Below, piece after piece: positions 1 to 14,492 of a stretch of DNA of 64,000 bases. The translations under genes were made by a program, and so were the position numbers. Position 1 is the first letter of the stretch. The number at the start of each line of letters is the position of its first letter. The notes under the pieces were generated by a model. It was not told where the DNA came from. It searched no databases and saw only the letters and a list, made by a program, of their open reading frames with translations. The stretch comes from Octopus vulgaris (lineage: Eukaryota), in assembly GCA_951406725.2 (NCBI GenBank), contig OX597821.1:86118001-86182000 (forward strand). The letters are read 5' to 3'.

Positions 1-90
1 TACATTTTATGTGTAAAGAGTTTTAGGTACGAAAATGACTCAAGTTCTGACTTCATTCTCTCTCCCCAATGAAGTCATACATACATGCAT

Positions 91-143
<53 letters not shown>

Positions 144-150
144 CATATAC

Positions 151-182
<32 letters not shown>

Positions 183-327
183 ATATATATATGTATATAT
201 GAATATACGTACTCCCATACACAAACACACACATATATATGCGTGTTGCACGTATGCGCGCGTCTGGTGCGGTGTGCGCATTTCTGCGTGTAAAAAGAGA
301 GACACAAGGCGAGAGAGAAAGAGAGGG

Positions 328-381
<54 letters not shown>

Positions 382-528
382 GTGGGGGTTGTAGAAATGG
401 GAAAAGATTCGTGACTCACTTCTCAGAATAATGATTTCTACATCTATTCATCTTTTTCATTCTCTATGTTAATCCCAGCTTTTAAGTCTTAGATCAAACT
501 GCAATATTCTATTGATGTTTCATCTGTA

Positions 529-678
529 TCAGAGTAAGGGCTGAGACCCAGGGCAGCTTTGGATTGCACGCAATTTCTCTTCCATTACGACGCTTTTACG
601 CCTGGGAATGGTATCAACATCACAACCTCTCGCCCTTCTTTGCACTGGTTGTGTGTATTCAAAAATTGCTGGAGAAAC
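529..678 (-). CDS. Candidate terminal exon, unknown protein
   Basis: Two AG acceptors compatible with one frame (exon start 678 or 668): VSPAIFEYTQPVQRRARGCDVDTIPRRKSVVMEEKLRAIQSCPGSQPLL*. GC is higher than in the flanks. Confidence 0.3.
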   Translation of the reverse strand, partial: VSPAIFEYTQPVQRRARGCDVDTIPRRKSVVMEEKLRAIQSCPGSQPLL

Positions 679-802
679 CTATATAATTGTTTATATAATG
701 GTAGAAATGACCAGACGTGGGATTAAGTATGTAATACTAGTCACTTTCATTTCTTTTAGTTTAAGGGAAGGCTAAAGTTTTCTGTTTTCTGCTAGAATAA
801 GA

Positions 803-949
<147 letters not shown>

Positions 950-973
950 TTATCTGTTTGTCTATGTGCATGA

Positions 974-1018
<45 letters not shown>

Positions 1019-1058
1019 CATACATATATCCATTGTGCACGAGTGTGTATATGTTAAC

Positions 1059-1099
<41 letters not shown>

Positions 1100-1567
1100 C
1101 AGGCTAGTCGGATCCTGCCGAGCTGTCGACCATGGAATACGAATGTTAAATGATAACAGTGATACGCGCATGCGCGCTCTCACATGCTCACACACACGTA
1201 CACACAGACACACGCTGACCCAATGGAATATATATATATATATATGTAAGTATGTATGTAAGTATGTATGTATGTATGTATGTATGTATGTATGTATGTA
1301 TGTATGTGTGTGTGTGTGTGTGTGTGTGTATTGTATATATAACCCACAGTCATGCATATGTGCTTTCACTAGTCTCCATAGTTAGAAAGATCATGGAATA
1401 TATATAGAAGAGAATCAAAGTTGTTGAGTTAGTTTTCTAAATTATTTACATGTGTGATCTTTCATGTATTTTAGTAAATCTCACAACCTAAGTATATAAT
1501 CTGGACAAGGTAAATTTTCTAATTCTTTACGTCATCACGGATTTGAACTAATTATGTACTGAGTAAT

Positions 1568-1648
1568 GATCACCGATGAAGTGAGGACTGTGCGTCCTAT
1601 ATTGCTGAATCCGACCATAATGTTCACTGAAACACGCGTAAGTTGACG
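1568..1648 (+). ncRNA. Degenerate hammerhead-like motif (CCGAUGA core, long stem II insert)
   Basis: CCGAUGA-aguga...ucacu-GAAA-CACGCGUA, with palindrome ACGCGU. Stem I is weak. Confidence 0.45.
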
Positions 1649-1740
1649 TTATTAAATAATTTACTAGCTTCGACTTCTGTGTTTTCTATGTATGCATGCA
1701 TGCATGCATATATGTATGCATGTACGTGAGTGTATGTACA

Positions 1741-1810
<70 letters not shown>

Positions 1811-1971
1811 CACTCACGCACACACACACATATACATATATATATAAGTACATAAAATGTTGAAGCATATATATTCCTTCTTCCCTTCTTTCCTGAACGT
1901 CCCACAATACTTTATTTGTTCCACGTCCTCGCGTTGCTGTGTTTTTTTTGTGTTTTCTTGTTTGGATTAAC

Positions 1972-2016
<45 letters not shown>

Positions 2017-2112
2017 ATAAAACGGTAAGATAACAAAAGAAAGAAAGAGACCTCAATATTATGTAAATAGAGGAAATTTATCTATACAATATGTTACATT
2101 ACTCGGTAGTCA

Positions 2113-2175
2113 AGATAAAACTCTGAGTTTCAGATGCCGAAGTGGAAATCCACAACACCATCTCTTCGGTTATCT
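2113..2175 (-). ncRNA. Hammerhead-like motif (CCGAAGA core), other pseudo-LTR arm
   Basis: Reverse complement of 3343-3405. Confidence 0.65.
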
Positions 2176-3342
2176 GGCTATTTGAAAACGTTATGAAAAA
2201 ATACCGTTAAAAATGAAGGGAAATTACTCTGTTATAACTCTGCTTTGCCTGCGTACTTATACATCGCTCGCATTTTTCGTCATAAAAATTATATAAAAAT
2301 ACATAAAAATATATAAAAATATATAAAATCTTCTTGGGACATAACACAGAAAGCATGTTTTATCCGTTTTCTTTAGGGGACCAAAAACGTAACAGAAATT
2401 TAGTCACATGTGGGCATGATCCGAAAAGCTCTGTCCTTGTATTTAGACATGTGGTAGGGTCTAAGCTGCTTTTCCAGATAAGCCAACTCTCCATGTCGCA
2501 TAAACCGCACCTTCCGCTGCCGTTAGTGTAGGGCTTACATCTGGCCAAAATCTTCCATTGTATGTTATAATCGACACCTTTATCTCTTAAAGACCAAATA
2601 TGATTGGATAATTGTATCGCTTTTCTTTTGTTCCAGTGCCTAAAGCTCAAAGTGTGGTTATTGAACCTGGCCTTGAAATTACCCTCTGTCAGGCCCACGT
2701 ATTTCTTCGTCGAAACGGTATCTTTAGTGGTTATAGAGTTTACGGTAGCTTCATATATGATGGTCTGGACATGCAAGCTCCATTTAGCGGGCACAATTCT
2801 TTATTCCTGCATGAACAGCTGTTTTCTTCTTGTGTTTTTTGTATGTTATGATTGATTATGTTTTTAAAATTGGTAGTTGAACTAAAACTAATTTTTAAAT
2901 TGTGTCTATTGAAGAGTTTCCTATAAGCATGGTTAACTGGAAAATGTCTATCTATCAGTGCTAGGAAATATTTACCTATATTGAAGGCCACCTATATTTA
3001 CCTATATTGAAGGTTTATGCGACATGGAGAGATGGCTTATCTGGAAAAGCAGCTTAGACCCTACCACATGTCTAAATACAAGGACAGAGCTTTTCGGATC
3101 ATGCCCACATGTGACTAAATTTCTGTTACGTTTTTGGTCCCCTAAAGAAAACGGATAGAACATGCTTTCTGTGTTATGTCCCAAGAAGATTTTATATATT
3201 TTTATATATTTTTATGTATTTTTATATAATTTTTATGACGAAAAATGCGAGCGATGTATAAGTACGCAGGCAAAGCAGAGTTATAACAGAGTAATTTCCC
3301 TTCATTTTTAACGGTATTTTTTCATAACGTTTTCAAATAGCC

Positions 3343-3405
3343 AGATAACCGAAGAGATGGTGTTGTGGATTTCCACTTCGGCATCTGAAACTCAGAGTTT
3401 TATCT
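3343..3405 (+). ncRNA. Hammerhead-like motif (CCGAAGA core) in Penelope pseudo-LTR
   Basis: agauaa-CCGAAGA-gaug...cauc-u-GAAA-CUCAGAGUU-uuaucu, with a 6-bp stem I. Confidence 0.65.
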
Positions 3406-3427
3406 TGACTACCGAGTAATGTAACAT

Positions 3428-3498
<71 letters not shown>

Positions 3499-3580
3499 GT
3501 GAAAAGGAACACACGAGTTGATATATATGAAAAAACAAGTCAAGATAGAAAATGCTAAAATAATTTTATAAAGAACATTT

Positions 3581-3618
3581 CAGTACCGGTTTCGGTCATT
3601 TTGAGACCTTTTCAACTG
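3581..3618 (-). ncRNA. Minimal hammerhead-like motif, U3-A8 core variant
   Basis: cag-UUGAAAA-gguc...gacc-GAAA-CCGGUA-cug. Decayed sister copy at 8548-8583. Confidence 0.65.
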
Positions 3619-3774
3619 TAACGATTAAATAATTAAATTTAGAAAAATTAAAAGAAAAGTTTTTTTAAAGGAATATTTGTATAGAGTTCAAATATAAGTG
3701 GCATTTTCCTTGTTTCTGCCTTTCTTTGTCTCTCTTGTTTGCACTTGTGGGCTCGAGGTCGCTGTGAATTCTTG

Positions 3775-3833
<59 letters not shown>

Positions 3834-4153
3834 CATATATAAATACATAAATACACATATATATTCATACATATATGTATATATGTATTTGTGTGTGAAT
3901 GTGAATGAGAGAAAGGGAAAGAGAGAGATGGAGGGTAAAATAAGGATCTTTTATACTGATAAAAGACGATGCATTTTGGAATGGGTGCAGGCTATTAAAT
4001 CGCCCATTGAAGGAAACCAGGAATAGCAATGCCTCAGGGACTTGCATTCAGGACATAAAGAAGGTATTCTGCTCAAAAACTTGCAATGGACCAGCTTATC
4101 TTGCCTAATGTGATATACTGACTAAAGTTGAATTCCCTAATAATATATTATAT

Positions 4154-4550
4154 GGTGGATGATGGAAGCACTCCGTCGGTTACGACGACGAGGGTTCCGG
4201 TTGATCCGAATCAACGGAACAGCCTGCTCGTGAAATTAACGTGTCAGTGGCTGAGCACTCCACAGACACGTGTACCCTTAACGTAGTTCTCGGGGATATT
4301 CAGCGTGACACAGAGAGTGACAAGGCCGGCCCTTTGAAATACAGGTACAACAGAAACAGGAAGTAAGAATGAGAGAAAGTTGTGGTGAAAGAGTACAGCA
4401 GGGATCACCACCATCCCCTGCTGGAGCATCGTGGAGCTTTTTTAGGTGTTTTCGCTCAATAAACACTCACAACGCCCGGTCTGGGAATCGAAACCGCGAT
4501 CCTATGACCGCGAGTCCGCTGCCCTAACCACTGGGCCATTGCGCCTCCAC
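4154..4550 (-). mobile_element. tRNA-derived SINE, family A (full length)
   Basis: Head gtggaggcgcaatggcccagtggttagggcagcggactcgcgg...ggtttcgattccc with A/B boxes. 12-bp TSD aatatattatat (4142-4153, 4551-4562). Confidence 0.9.
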
Positions 4551-4662
4551 AATATATTATATAGCTTGATTTAGAATAGATTTTACGTTCGAGGACTGAG
4601 TACATCTATTAGCACATACCAAAAACAAATATGTACATTATCTCTTTAATCCTGAACATGTT

Positions 4663-4787
4663 TTAATTGGATGAATAACACGTGGGAAGAAAACTATGGA
4701 GGCGAAACGATATCACATTATTCATAACAAACATTATACAAGAAATTATCAGAGAAACAGACTTTGCTGCAATGCAATGCAAGAAAT
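4663..4787 (-). CDS. Candidate terminal exon with hydrophobic C-terminus (paralog 1)
   Basis: Acceptor tactttgttctaatatcag|AT, 125 nt to TAA: (D)FLHCIAAKSVSLIISCIMFVMNNVISFRLHSFLPTCYSSN*. Gap-free homolog at 10537-10661. Confidence 0.4.
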
Positions 4788-4980
4788 CTGATATTAGAAC
4801 AAAGTATATTATGATAGAGTTAAATAGAATATGAATGTTACGCAAAAATTCATTTAGCTTCTCAGAACGATTAAGAATGTTTTCAATTATACATACATAC
4901 GTGTGTGAATGTGTGTGTGTGTATGCATATATATACATATGCATACATCTCTCTCTCTCTATCTATCTATCTATCTGTCA

Positions 4981-5076
<96 letters not shown>

Positions 5077-5103
5077 CTGTCTGTCTTTCTGTCTGTCTTT
5101 CTG

Positions 5104-5183
<80 letters not shown>

Positions 5184-5848
5184 AATATAAATATATATCG
5201 TATATTTATATTTGTGTGCATATATATACATGTATGTAAATATAGAACACACACACACACTTATTTATATATGTATACATATATACACACACACGCACAC
5301 ACACATATATCGAAAGTAGACTGGAACCAGAACAAATTATGTAACTGTAATTTGTGCTTATTATTTATGCTTTGTGATTATATCCTTCCTAAAAGGAACA
5401 TACAAGACCTTAAATGAATGGAAAAGTTTACAGCGTCTTGCGTCGTATTATCCTCAAACAGAACCTTTCACCTCAGCCTGTTCAACCATTGGCTAGTGAA
5501 AAAGGAACTGAACTACACAATCACATAAACCTCTTCGCACATTCACATCCTCACATACATACATACGCTTCGTACACTTTCCTAGCTCATTGTATTGATA
5601 AAGTATATGTCAGTGTTGACACTCTCCTTTTTTTTTTAAATTTCAAACAGGGATATATAGACATACATGCACCTACATACACATATATATAGGCATTTTA
5701 ATCATGTTGTGTGTGTGTGTGTGCTTGTCTGTAATGTCAAAAATACGCATAAATGTGTGTGTGTGTATATACATATCTATATTCTCCCTTTTTTGTTTTT
5801 ACTTTTTCTATTTTCTTCCCACCATATACACACACACACATATATGTA

Positions 5849-6041
<193 letters not shown>

Positions 6042-6076
6042 CTCTATCTATCTCTCTCTATCTATCTATCTATCTA

Positions 6077-6157
<81 letters not shown>

Positions 6158-6330
6158 TTAGGGAATAAATCCAAATTTACAGGGAAAAATCAGATTTAGG
6201 ATTGAATCCAATTTTATAGTAAAATATTATATAATATTAATTAGAGACAATTTACTTTATATTAAAATTTTTTTATGTATTGATTAAGTCTTTCCTTGTT
6301 TGATTTGCAAAATAGTGGTTTTGTCTCTAA

Positions 6331-6396
<66 letters not shown>

Positions 6397-6620
6397 TCTC
6401 ACACACACAGGCACATACATTGATATAGAACAGTGAGAATGAATGCTTATCACTGCATTGGTGAATAAATATTCTTAATTATGGTTTAAGGCTTCTATTG
6501 TTTTCATGTTAAGGAGAGTGCCTCAACAGCTCTCAAGGTTATCATACGGAACGTGGAGATGAACACTGATATTCCATGTGATAGTCTTGATAATTGTTGT
6601 TGTTGTTGTTGTGTGTGTGT

Positions 6621-6674
<54 letters not shown>

Positions 6675-6879
6675 ATTTACATACATACATACTTACTAAG
6701 GCAAGTTACTATTGAAATCAGGCCCGGTTTTCCCTTAGATTATAAATATCTAAGTAGGTATTCACACGACCTCGGAATACAATGTAGTAACTAGAGCCAC
6801 GTATAGTTGGGATGAACAGAAAACAAATTATCCTTATTTTTGATATTTCGTTACATGCGTTTTAATAATCAATAACTCT

Positions 6880-7690
6880 CAATAAACTTAGGGAAGACTT
6901 AATCCATGCCCTGAATTCCCTTGTGCCCCCAAGATCACAATGAAAACAAGCCTGAAGGCGGTTGAGTTTCTTGACACAACCTTAGACTTTGAATCTACAC
7001 CAATAGTTTTCAATCGGTACCCGCAGCGGATTTAAGGATGGGATTTGTTTCACGCCCACACTAACCTTACCAAAAGAAAACATCACTGGAAAGTTTTGTG
7101 ATTTTCACTGCCATTTTCCCTGAATGGTAAAATCTTGTGGAGGTAATATTTTTCTTAGTTTAATGTAAAAGCTTCCCGCAAACGCATAGGTTCAGAAAAA
7201 ATATTTAATAGATATACCTTAAGAGTTCCCTTTTAGCTGTGCACCTAGTATAAAGAAAAGATTAGTAAGTATCCTGTACCTGAAACAGAGGTAGGAGGCT
7301 CATGCAGAGGCAGCACTACGTGGTCATTTAACGGTCAATGCACAACAGTGACAGTTACATACGAGACAAAAGTGAAGTCAAAGGACCCTTGTGAGCAGAT
7401 GGACCAACGGACATTTGTGAGCATGGCAACAGGTCCCTTCAGAACTAAATTTAACATCTACAAATGCTCTTGTATATACAGCTTTGGGCAGGCATATATG
7501 GTCGTTGAAGGTAAGTGGGAAAAGCTGCAGTGGTGCAGGCATTACTCCGATATCAATAAGAAGTGCTGGCTATGCTTTGCTGGTGAAAGGAACTATTCTA
7601 AACAACTTTCTTTGAATTGCAGAATGGAGGGTTTCTGTTAATGCCCATGTGAAAGGAAATATGTGATTGGCTACATGCAGTTTGCATCAT
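6880..7690 (+). mobile_element. Highly degraded Neptune-type Penelope-like fragment
   Basis: Scattered translated motifs VEFLDTTLD, VTYETKV...FVSMATGPFRTKFN, KCWLC..E, LNCR.E, collinear with the element at 2014-3435. Confidence 0.6.
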
Positions 7691-7772
7691 AAGTAAAAAC
7701 GTTAGACCTTCCACCATCAATACATCCCACAGTTTCAGAGTTCAGGACAGTGTTTACAGTAGCCAGTTATAG

Positions 7773-7869
<97 letters not shown>

Positions 7870-8448
7870 ATTCACAAAAAAACAACAAAAAAAACCAAAC
7901 AAAAGACGAAGACAGGTGGTGTAGAAAACAAACAGATGTATTAGTATAATGCTCGGGAATTGAAAAATTCTTTAACATTTCTAGCTTACGCCTTCCATAG
8001 AAAGAAACAAGGAGAGAAAAATGTGTGTTGTGGCTAGCGATCTATCATGGCATATATATGTATATATACAAACACACATACACACGCACATAAATATCCT
8101 CCTTCAGCCCCTGCACACATATTAACCATGCACTGATAGCATCCAAGGGGTAACATCACTTTGAAGGTAGTTGCGCTCCACTCCGTGAAAGCATTTAGGA
8201 TTTTTTATGCAAGGAGCATAACTCTTGATGAATTCCATTCCGAACTTCTCCCACAGGCATTTTAGTTCCGTTTCTTTTCCCCCAATATTCACAAACCGGA
8301 TGTGACACTTGCTGACCTCAAATAGCAGGCGACCATCGCCATACTTTTCATACTAGATTTTCTAATGAGAGCCGTCTTAGGTTATCCCCAAATTCGTGTC
8401 AGAAACCGATTGGTAAAATCGGATGAAATGGATCTACAATACTGCATA

Positions 8449-8496
<48 letters not shown>

Positions 8497-8659
8497 AAAA
8501 AAAAGTCAAGATAGAAAATGCTAAAATAATTTTATAAAAAAACATTTCAGTACCGGTTTCAGTCATTGAAACTTTTTCAACTATAAGTATGGAAAACAAT
8601 TAAATTTGGAAAAATTAAAAGAAAAGTTTTTTAGAAAGAATATGAAAATGAAAATTATA

Positions 8660-9881
8660 CTGACATCTCATTTTAACAGATATAGTTACCAAAATTACAT
8701 AAAAATATCTTGAAATACTAAAGAGTAAATTTATCCAATGAAATCGCCACTGGCTTCAACCATGGCCACAAGACGACTTCGGAATCTCCTGCAACTCTTC
8801 TGCACGGTCTCTTTTTTAAGTTGGTGAATGCTGCGATGATCATTGCCTTCAGTTCATCTTTGGTGTTGCAAAAAGTTTTGCTGGTCTCTCGCTCAACTGT
8901 GCCCCGCACATAATAATCAAGGGAGTGGCAGTCTGGGGAGTTAGGTGGCTAGATGTTATGCGTGATGTGGCCTCAGAAATTGTCTGACAGCCATGACTAG
9001 GTTCTCCTTGTGTGACATGATGCAGAGTTTTGTTACCAGACATAGGGTCTTCCAGCAGCCACCCTCTTGAGCCAAGGCAGCACTGCCTCCCCCAGCCACT
9101 TGACGTAGGCCTCCGTGTTGAGTGTGAGGCCGCCGTGTGGGAAAATGAATGGAGGCATAACGTTGCTATCAATAGTAATCACTCCAAACATCATGATGTT
9201 GACTGGATGTTTGATCTTTATTACTCTCTGTACATGTTTTGGAGACACGGCAAGCCGACGGTTGTTCTGTGTGTTCATCATCTGATCCTGGCAGAAATTT
9301 TCCTCGTATGAGAAAAACCAAAGCCTGTTCGGTTGGAGGGGATGTTAGTATTTGTTCAAAAGCTTCGTAGCGCGGTCTTTCCTCTTATCCTTGATGGTTT
9401 GAGATAAAAAAGTGTTCCTTTCTCATCTTGTATGCGGAATATCGAATGTCTTTATGCACCTCTTCTGCCTGATAAGAAGCTCAGACACTCCCATGTCCCT
9501 GGCGATGGACCTGATTGACTTGGAGAGGTCATTGTCAATCATGGCGAGGATCTCACCCACAAATTCAAGAGTTCTTTTCTTATCAGAACGATCAAGTGTG
9601 AGTTTTCCGATCTGCCGTACCTTAGTAATCGACATTAGACTCATCCAACTCTTTCGGAATTCTCTGCACAGTCCTCAGTGAAACACTCTGAAATATTCGT
9701 ACTGGAGCTTCCGGCGCGCGAGTGCAATGCTGTACAGCATGTCGTTTCCAAATTTTTGGCGGAGTGAATTTCGTCATGGTGCTGTTTTTCTCACAGACGT
9801 TGCCCGACTGACCCTACTATACTGTGTAGTCGACAAAATCAAGAACAAAAAAAAAATTACACAATTTGCCCATCACACCCT
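8660..9881 (-). mobile_element. Decayed Tc1/mariner-superfamily transposon (maT/DD37D-like)
   Basis: KSIRSIARDMGVSE (HTH); KHPVNIMMFGVIT...MPPFIF...LNTEAY...VLPW...RPYVW; PPNSPDC..LDYY. One terminus, TA|cagggtgtgatgggcaaatt, at 9883-9862. Many stops and frameshifts. Confidence 0.8.
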
Positions 9882-9886
9882 GTATT

Positions 9887-9937
<51 letters not shown>

Positions 9938-10026
9938 GTATATATGTATATCTATATATATATGTATGTATGTATGTATGTATATCTATATATATATATA
10001 AGTATGTATGTATGTATGTATATATG

Positions 10027-10088
<62 letters not shown>

Positions 10089-10536
10089 TTTCGCAGAGGA
10101 AAGTTTATGAAACACCAACTTCTATATGGATGCTTTGTTAAGCGTGAGGAACAAGTAGTTCTACTACTATAAGTAATAGTAGCTGCGGTCGTGGTGGTGG
10201 TGGTGGTGGTGGTGGTGGTGGTGGTAGTGGTGGTGGTGGTTGTGGTGGCGGTGGTTGTCGTGGTGGTTTGGTGGTGAAACAACAGAGTTACTGAAAATAG
10301 CAAAGGACTTGGGGGAATTGATCTAATTAAGGGGGGATTAAGAATAGAAACAATAAAAGCAGAGACAGAAACAAGAGTAAAGAAACTGAACTTTCAAAAT
10401 AAGCTTATAAGGAAGAAAAAAGATTAGAATTCAGATAAAGGGACAAGTAGTAATTGAAATATGTCAAAAAATAATTCAATTAAAATGTCTCAAAAAACAA
10501 TGACAATGTTCATAGGTCATTAATTGTGAGCAGGTT

Positions 10537-10661
10537 CTAATTAGATGAATAAGACGTGGAAAAGAAATTGCAGAAGTGGAACGATATCGCATTGATCAAA
10601 TTATACAGAACGCATAACACTGTCAGAGAAGGTGTTTTTTGAGTACTGCAATGTAAGAAAT
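10537..10661 (-). CDS. Candidate terminal exon with hydrophobic C-terminus (paralog 2)
   Basis: Acceptor tactttgttctgatatcag|AT, 125 nt to TAG: (D)FLHCSTQKTPSLTVLCVLYNLINAISFHFCNFFSTSYSSN*. Confidence 0.4.
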
Positions 10662-10785
10662 CTGATATCAGAACAAAGTATATTATAATATAATTAATTA
10701 CAATGTTACTTCGTTTAATCCAGTTGACGTCTCAAAGCAGTTAAGAGGGATTATATATACATACATACATACATACATACATACA

Positions 10786-10874
<89 letters not shown>

Positions 10875-11190
10875 CACATATACACATACATACACACACA
10901 CATATATATATATAATTAAAGGATAAGATCATTAAAATTAATGAATTTTATGGGTGGCCAGCATATAAAAAAAGCCTTGTGGGTAAAATACATATACAGA
11001 GATATATAATTGTATAGGGTACAATTATACTTAACGGCACAAAAACTACCATGCCTATAAGGTGAAAATAGACGCCAAATACGTCTTAATATCTGAAGTG
11101 GTTGGACGTATTTGGTGTCAGTTTTCAGAGTATATTTATGATAGCTTCCGTACCCTTAAGTATAATTGTACCCTATACAGTTATATATTC

Positions 11191-11285
<95 letters not shown>

Positions 11286-11477
11286 CCTACCTATCTATCT
11301 TTGAGACCAATTTTCCCTTTGAGACCAATTTTTCAGAAGCACGTCATATTCATGCTATTCGTTTTCACCTCCTGCTAAAATGTTTCTCCCGAATAGGTCT
11401 ATACCAAAGAAAACATCACCGAAACGAATAACAAACTCTTGAATGAGTTGACTGAAGTAAATAAATAGACAGACAGA

Positions 11478-11517
<40 letters not shown>

Positions 11518-11593
11518 GGAGTAAACACATAAATGTGAAACAAGGTGGAAAAAAAGAGTACTCAAATACCAGTGGTAGAGTAATATGCAAAAA

Positions 11594-11631
11594 CTGTCCG
11601 ACGAACGGCAACGCGAAACTCAGAGTAACAG
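11594..11631 (+). ncRNA. Hammerhead-like motif (CCGACGA core)
   Basis: cugu-CCGACGA-acg-gcaa-cgc-GAAA-CUCAGAGUA-acag. Sister copy at 20182-20221 (-) has CCGAUGA and G12>A. Confidence 0.6.
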
Positions 11632-11664
11632 GTTTTGTGGAATTTTCTGCTGCTTTAAATAAAG

Positions 11665-11743
<79 letters not shown>

Positions 11744-11817
11744 GGAGAGGGAGAGAGAAATAGATAGCTAAAGAGACATAGGCAAATTGAACTGCTGATT
11801 ATCTAGTCTCTCCAAAT

Positions 11818-12063
11818 CAGAGTTTTATTTATTTTTTTTGCTTAAAGGACTCCCGTGATCCCTATTTTATTCAGATGGACCCTCATAGCCATTCGATGTT
11901 TGAAAAATCCTGTTATTTTTTTACAATTAAATATTTCAGGAATTATGAAAAAGAATTATATTTTGTGTATCGTAAAAGTACAACCAATTTATTGGACAAA
12001 TTCTAACAACTAACTCATATGTGGATTCCCAAGGGTCATATGGACCATGTTTAAAAACCGCTG
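11818..12063. mobile_element. Possible old hAT/Charlie-type MITE
   Basis: Ends cagagtttt and aaaaaccgctg, with degenerate 8-bp flanks ctccaaat / ctctaatt. Confidence 0.35.
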
Positions 12064-13185
12064 CTCTAATTGCACTCACACATACACACACATTATTCTC
12101 TAAAACCACATTATAGTTATCACATATGGAAATAACATATCTGTCAACCAAAGTGTCACAAATCTAATGTCGGTACACATGATGCTTATAATCGTAAGAT
12201 AAGTCTTCACAGATCATTTTGAGATGATTGTCTTTTATATTCTTCTCTACATTGGATATACAGATTTCACGAAGCCGGGATAGACACAACGACATACTTC
12301 AAAATACTCCACTAAATACGATACTCCAATAAATACAAACTCCCAACGATCTCAGCGACTTCCTACGATTTCTCTCTCATCTCAGCCAAAACGCTACGTT
12401 TTATAAGAGTTCAGCTAGTCCATACTTCTAATCCTACAAGGATGTCAATGACTCTCACCACAACATCTACTCGCCCTCATTTGAGATTGACTTCCGTTGG
12501 AAGTTAATATCATTATTATTTTTCTTTTTTTCCTCTTTTCACCACATCTCTCTTTCTGAAAGTTACTTCCTAAGGTAGTTTAATATTTCTTCCTTTTAGG
12601 CACTACTTCCAACTGTTCTGTTTGTTTCCTCTTTCTTGTGCTGCTACGTCTGGGTTCGACTTCTTGTGGCGTTGGAACATCAAAGGTATCGTAGAGTACT
12701 TCCATGGTTATCGCTTTTCTTTTTTCCGTACATCTATTTTTTAGCTAGTTTAAGTGTCTTTTGTGTTCCCATTTTTGGCCTCTTATCATATATGCCTATT
12801 CGTTTTGTTACTACTCCGTCTTCCCAACCTTCGGCTAGTCCATTCTTCCAATCCCACAGGGGTGTCAATGACTCTCGCCACAGCTTTGTCCAAAGGTTCT
12901 CAATAGAACTACTTCTCACTGACCATTATATTGTCAGACTCCTCATCCATGAAACATGTTACTGCTCGAAGCTAATGAAATCATTTTATTCCCCTTACCG
13001 AAAGACCAAAAATCATTCAGCATTGAAGAACGTCATTGAGGAGGTCTAATTATATCTGGTTTGTCTGCAGCTTTCAAAAGGGACTCCATTTTTCGTCCTT
13101 GACTCTTTTGTATTGTTCTGTGCGTAAATGTGAAGGAATTTGATAACATAGTAACGTCTATGTAAATGTATCGCGTCAGCGAAGT

Positions 13186-13270
<85 letters not shown>

Positions 13271-13608
13271 TATACACAAACACAAACATGCATACACACG
13301 CATACACGCAAACTAACACACACGCATATACTAAAAAAAAGTACATAGAGAAACTAACACACACACATACACAAACCCAAGCATGCACACACACACATAC
13401 ACACAAATTAACACACACATATGCACAGACACAAACATGCACACACACTTATACACAAGCACAAACATGTATACACACACATGCACACAAACTAACACAC
13501 ACACATATATACACAAACAAACATACACACACACACGCACAGACAGACACACACACGCACGCACATATTACCGCATGCATAGTGTCTCTAGGACGTAGAG
13601 CTTGCTTC

Positions 13609-13976
13609 ATTACCTCCGCCTTAGCAATGGCGGAGGTATTGTTTTCAGTTGTGTTTGTTTGTTTGTCCGTGGACAAGATATCTCAAGAACCGCTGGTTGG
13701 ATTCGGATGAAACTTTCAGGGATGTTTGGTCTCGTGACTGGCCCGAACTGATTACATTTTGGGATCGATCCAGTACCTTATAAGGATTCTGAATTATTTC
13801 TCATGACTTTTTACTTAATTTTTGAGAGAGGTCGGGTTCATTTTTAGTATTCTCACTTGTGAGTGCAGTCGAGTTTATTTCAGATATTCTCATTTTGAAA
13901 ATCATCTCTGGCTAATCGTTGAGAGGACGTTGATTTTATCTTGGCGGAGGTTTGCACCCTCTGAGTGCTCTTGTTT
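13609..13976 (+). mobile_element. Helentron-associated non-autonomous element (HINE/DINE-1-like)
   Basis: Subterminal repeat tacctccgcc (13611) with complements ggcggaggt at 13630 and 13943, a (GTTT)n tract, and a 3' stem-loop gcac...gtgc. Confidence 0.7.
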
Positions 13977-14374
13977 CATATTTGTGAAGATAACTGATAT
14001 GCATGCATAAAGAACATATACAAAATATACACGCGCACACAGACACACGCACACACATACGTACATACATAGCAGTCAAAAGCTTTTAAAACGGTATGAT
14101 AAACTTTTTCTATTTTGTTATCATACCCTAAATTTATTCTACATCCTTCTTTGGCATTTCATCCGACTGATTATACATTGTCATTAAGTTAACTATTTGC
14201 AAATGGTCACATACTAACGTGAAGAATTATCGCTAAAACAAGGTGACGTCATTGAAATAATTACGATGGCTGACACGAAATTGAGCGGTCATTATTGCTA
14301 TTCTCATTAAACACATTGTTTTAGTTTACTGTTGCTGTCTTGTTTTTGTTTACTTTGATGATACTTAAGTGCAG

Positions 14375-14492
<118 letters not shown>

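Larger units (their letters stand above)
2014..3435 (-). mobile_element. Penelope-like element (Neptune-type), 5'-truncated, with inverted pseudo-LTR
   Basis: Frameshifted ORFs 2740-2991 and 2360-2794 encode a Cys-rich linker (CSCRNKELCPLNGAC) and GIY-YIG nuclease (IIYEATV...YVGLTEGNFKARFNNH...CGLC..E...LNTRTEL..CPH). 2083-2506 and 3012-3435 are inverted copies. Both ends lie in (TA)n. Confidence 0.9.

Noticed and set aside
3952-4104. Cys-containing open frame on the minus strand after an AG
   Set aside because: Poor polypyrimidine tract, no recognisable homology and a length compatible with chance.
4470-4550. tRNA-like sequences (also 31811, 39160, 55260)
   Set aside because: They are SINE heads attached to repeat bodies, and the cloverleaf stems are incomplete.
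12999-13117. Minus-strand segment with good AG and GTAAG sites
   Set aside because: Stop codons in all three frames; at most non-coding or a pseudo-exon.
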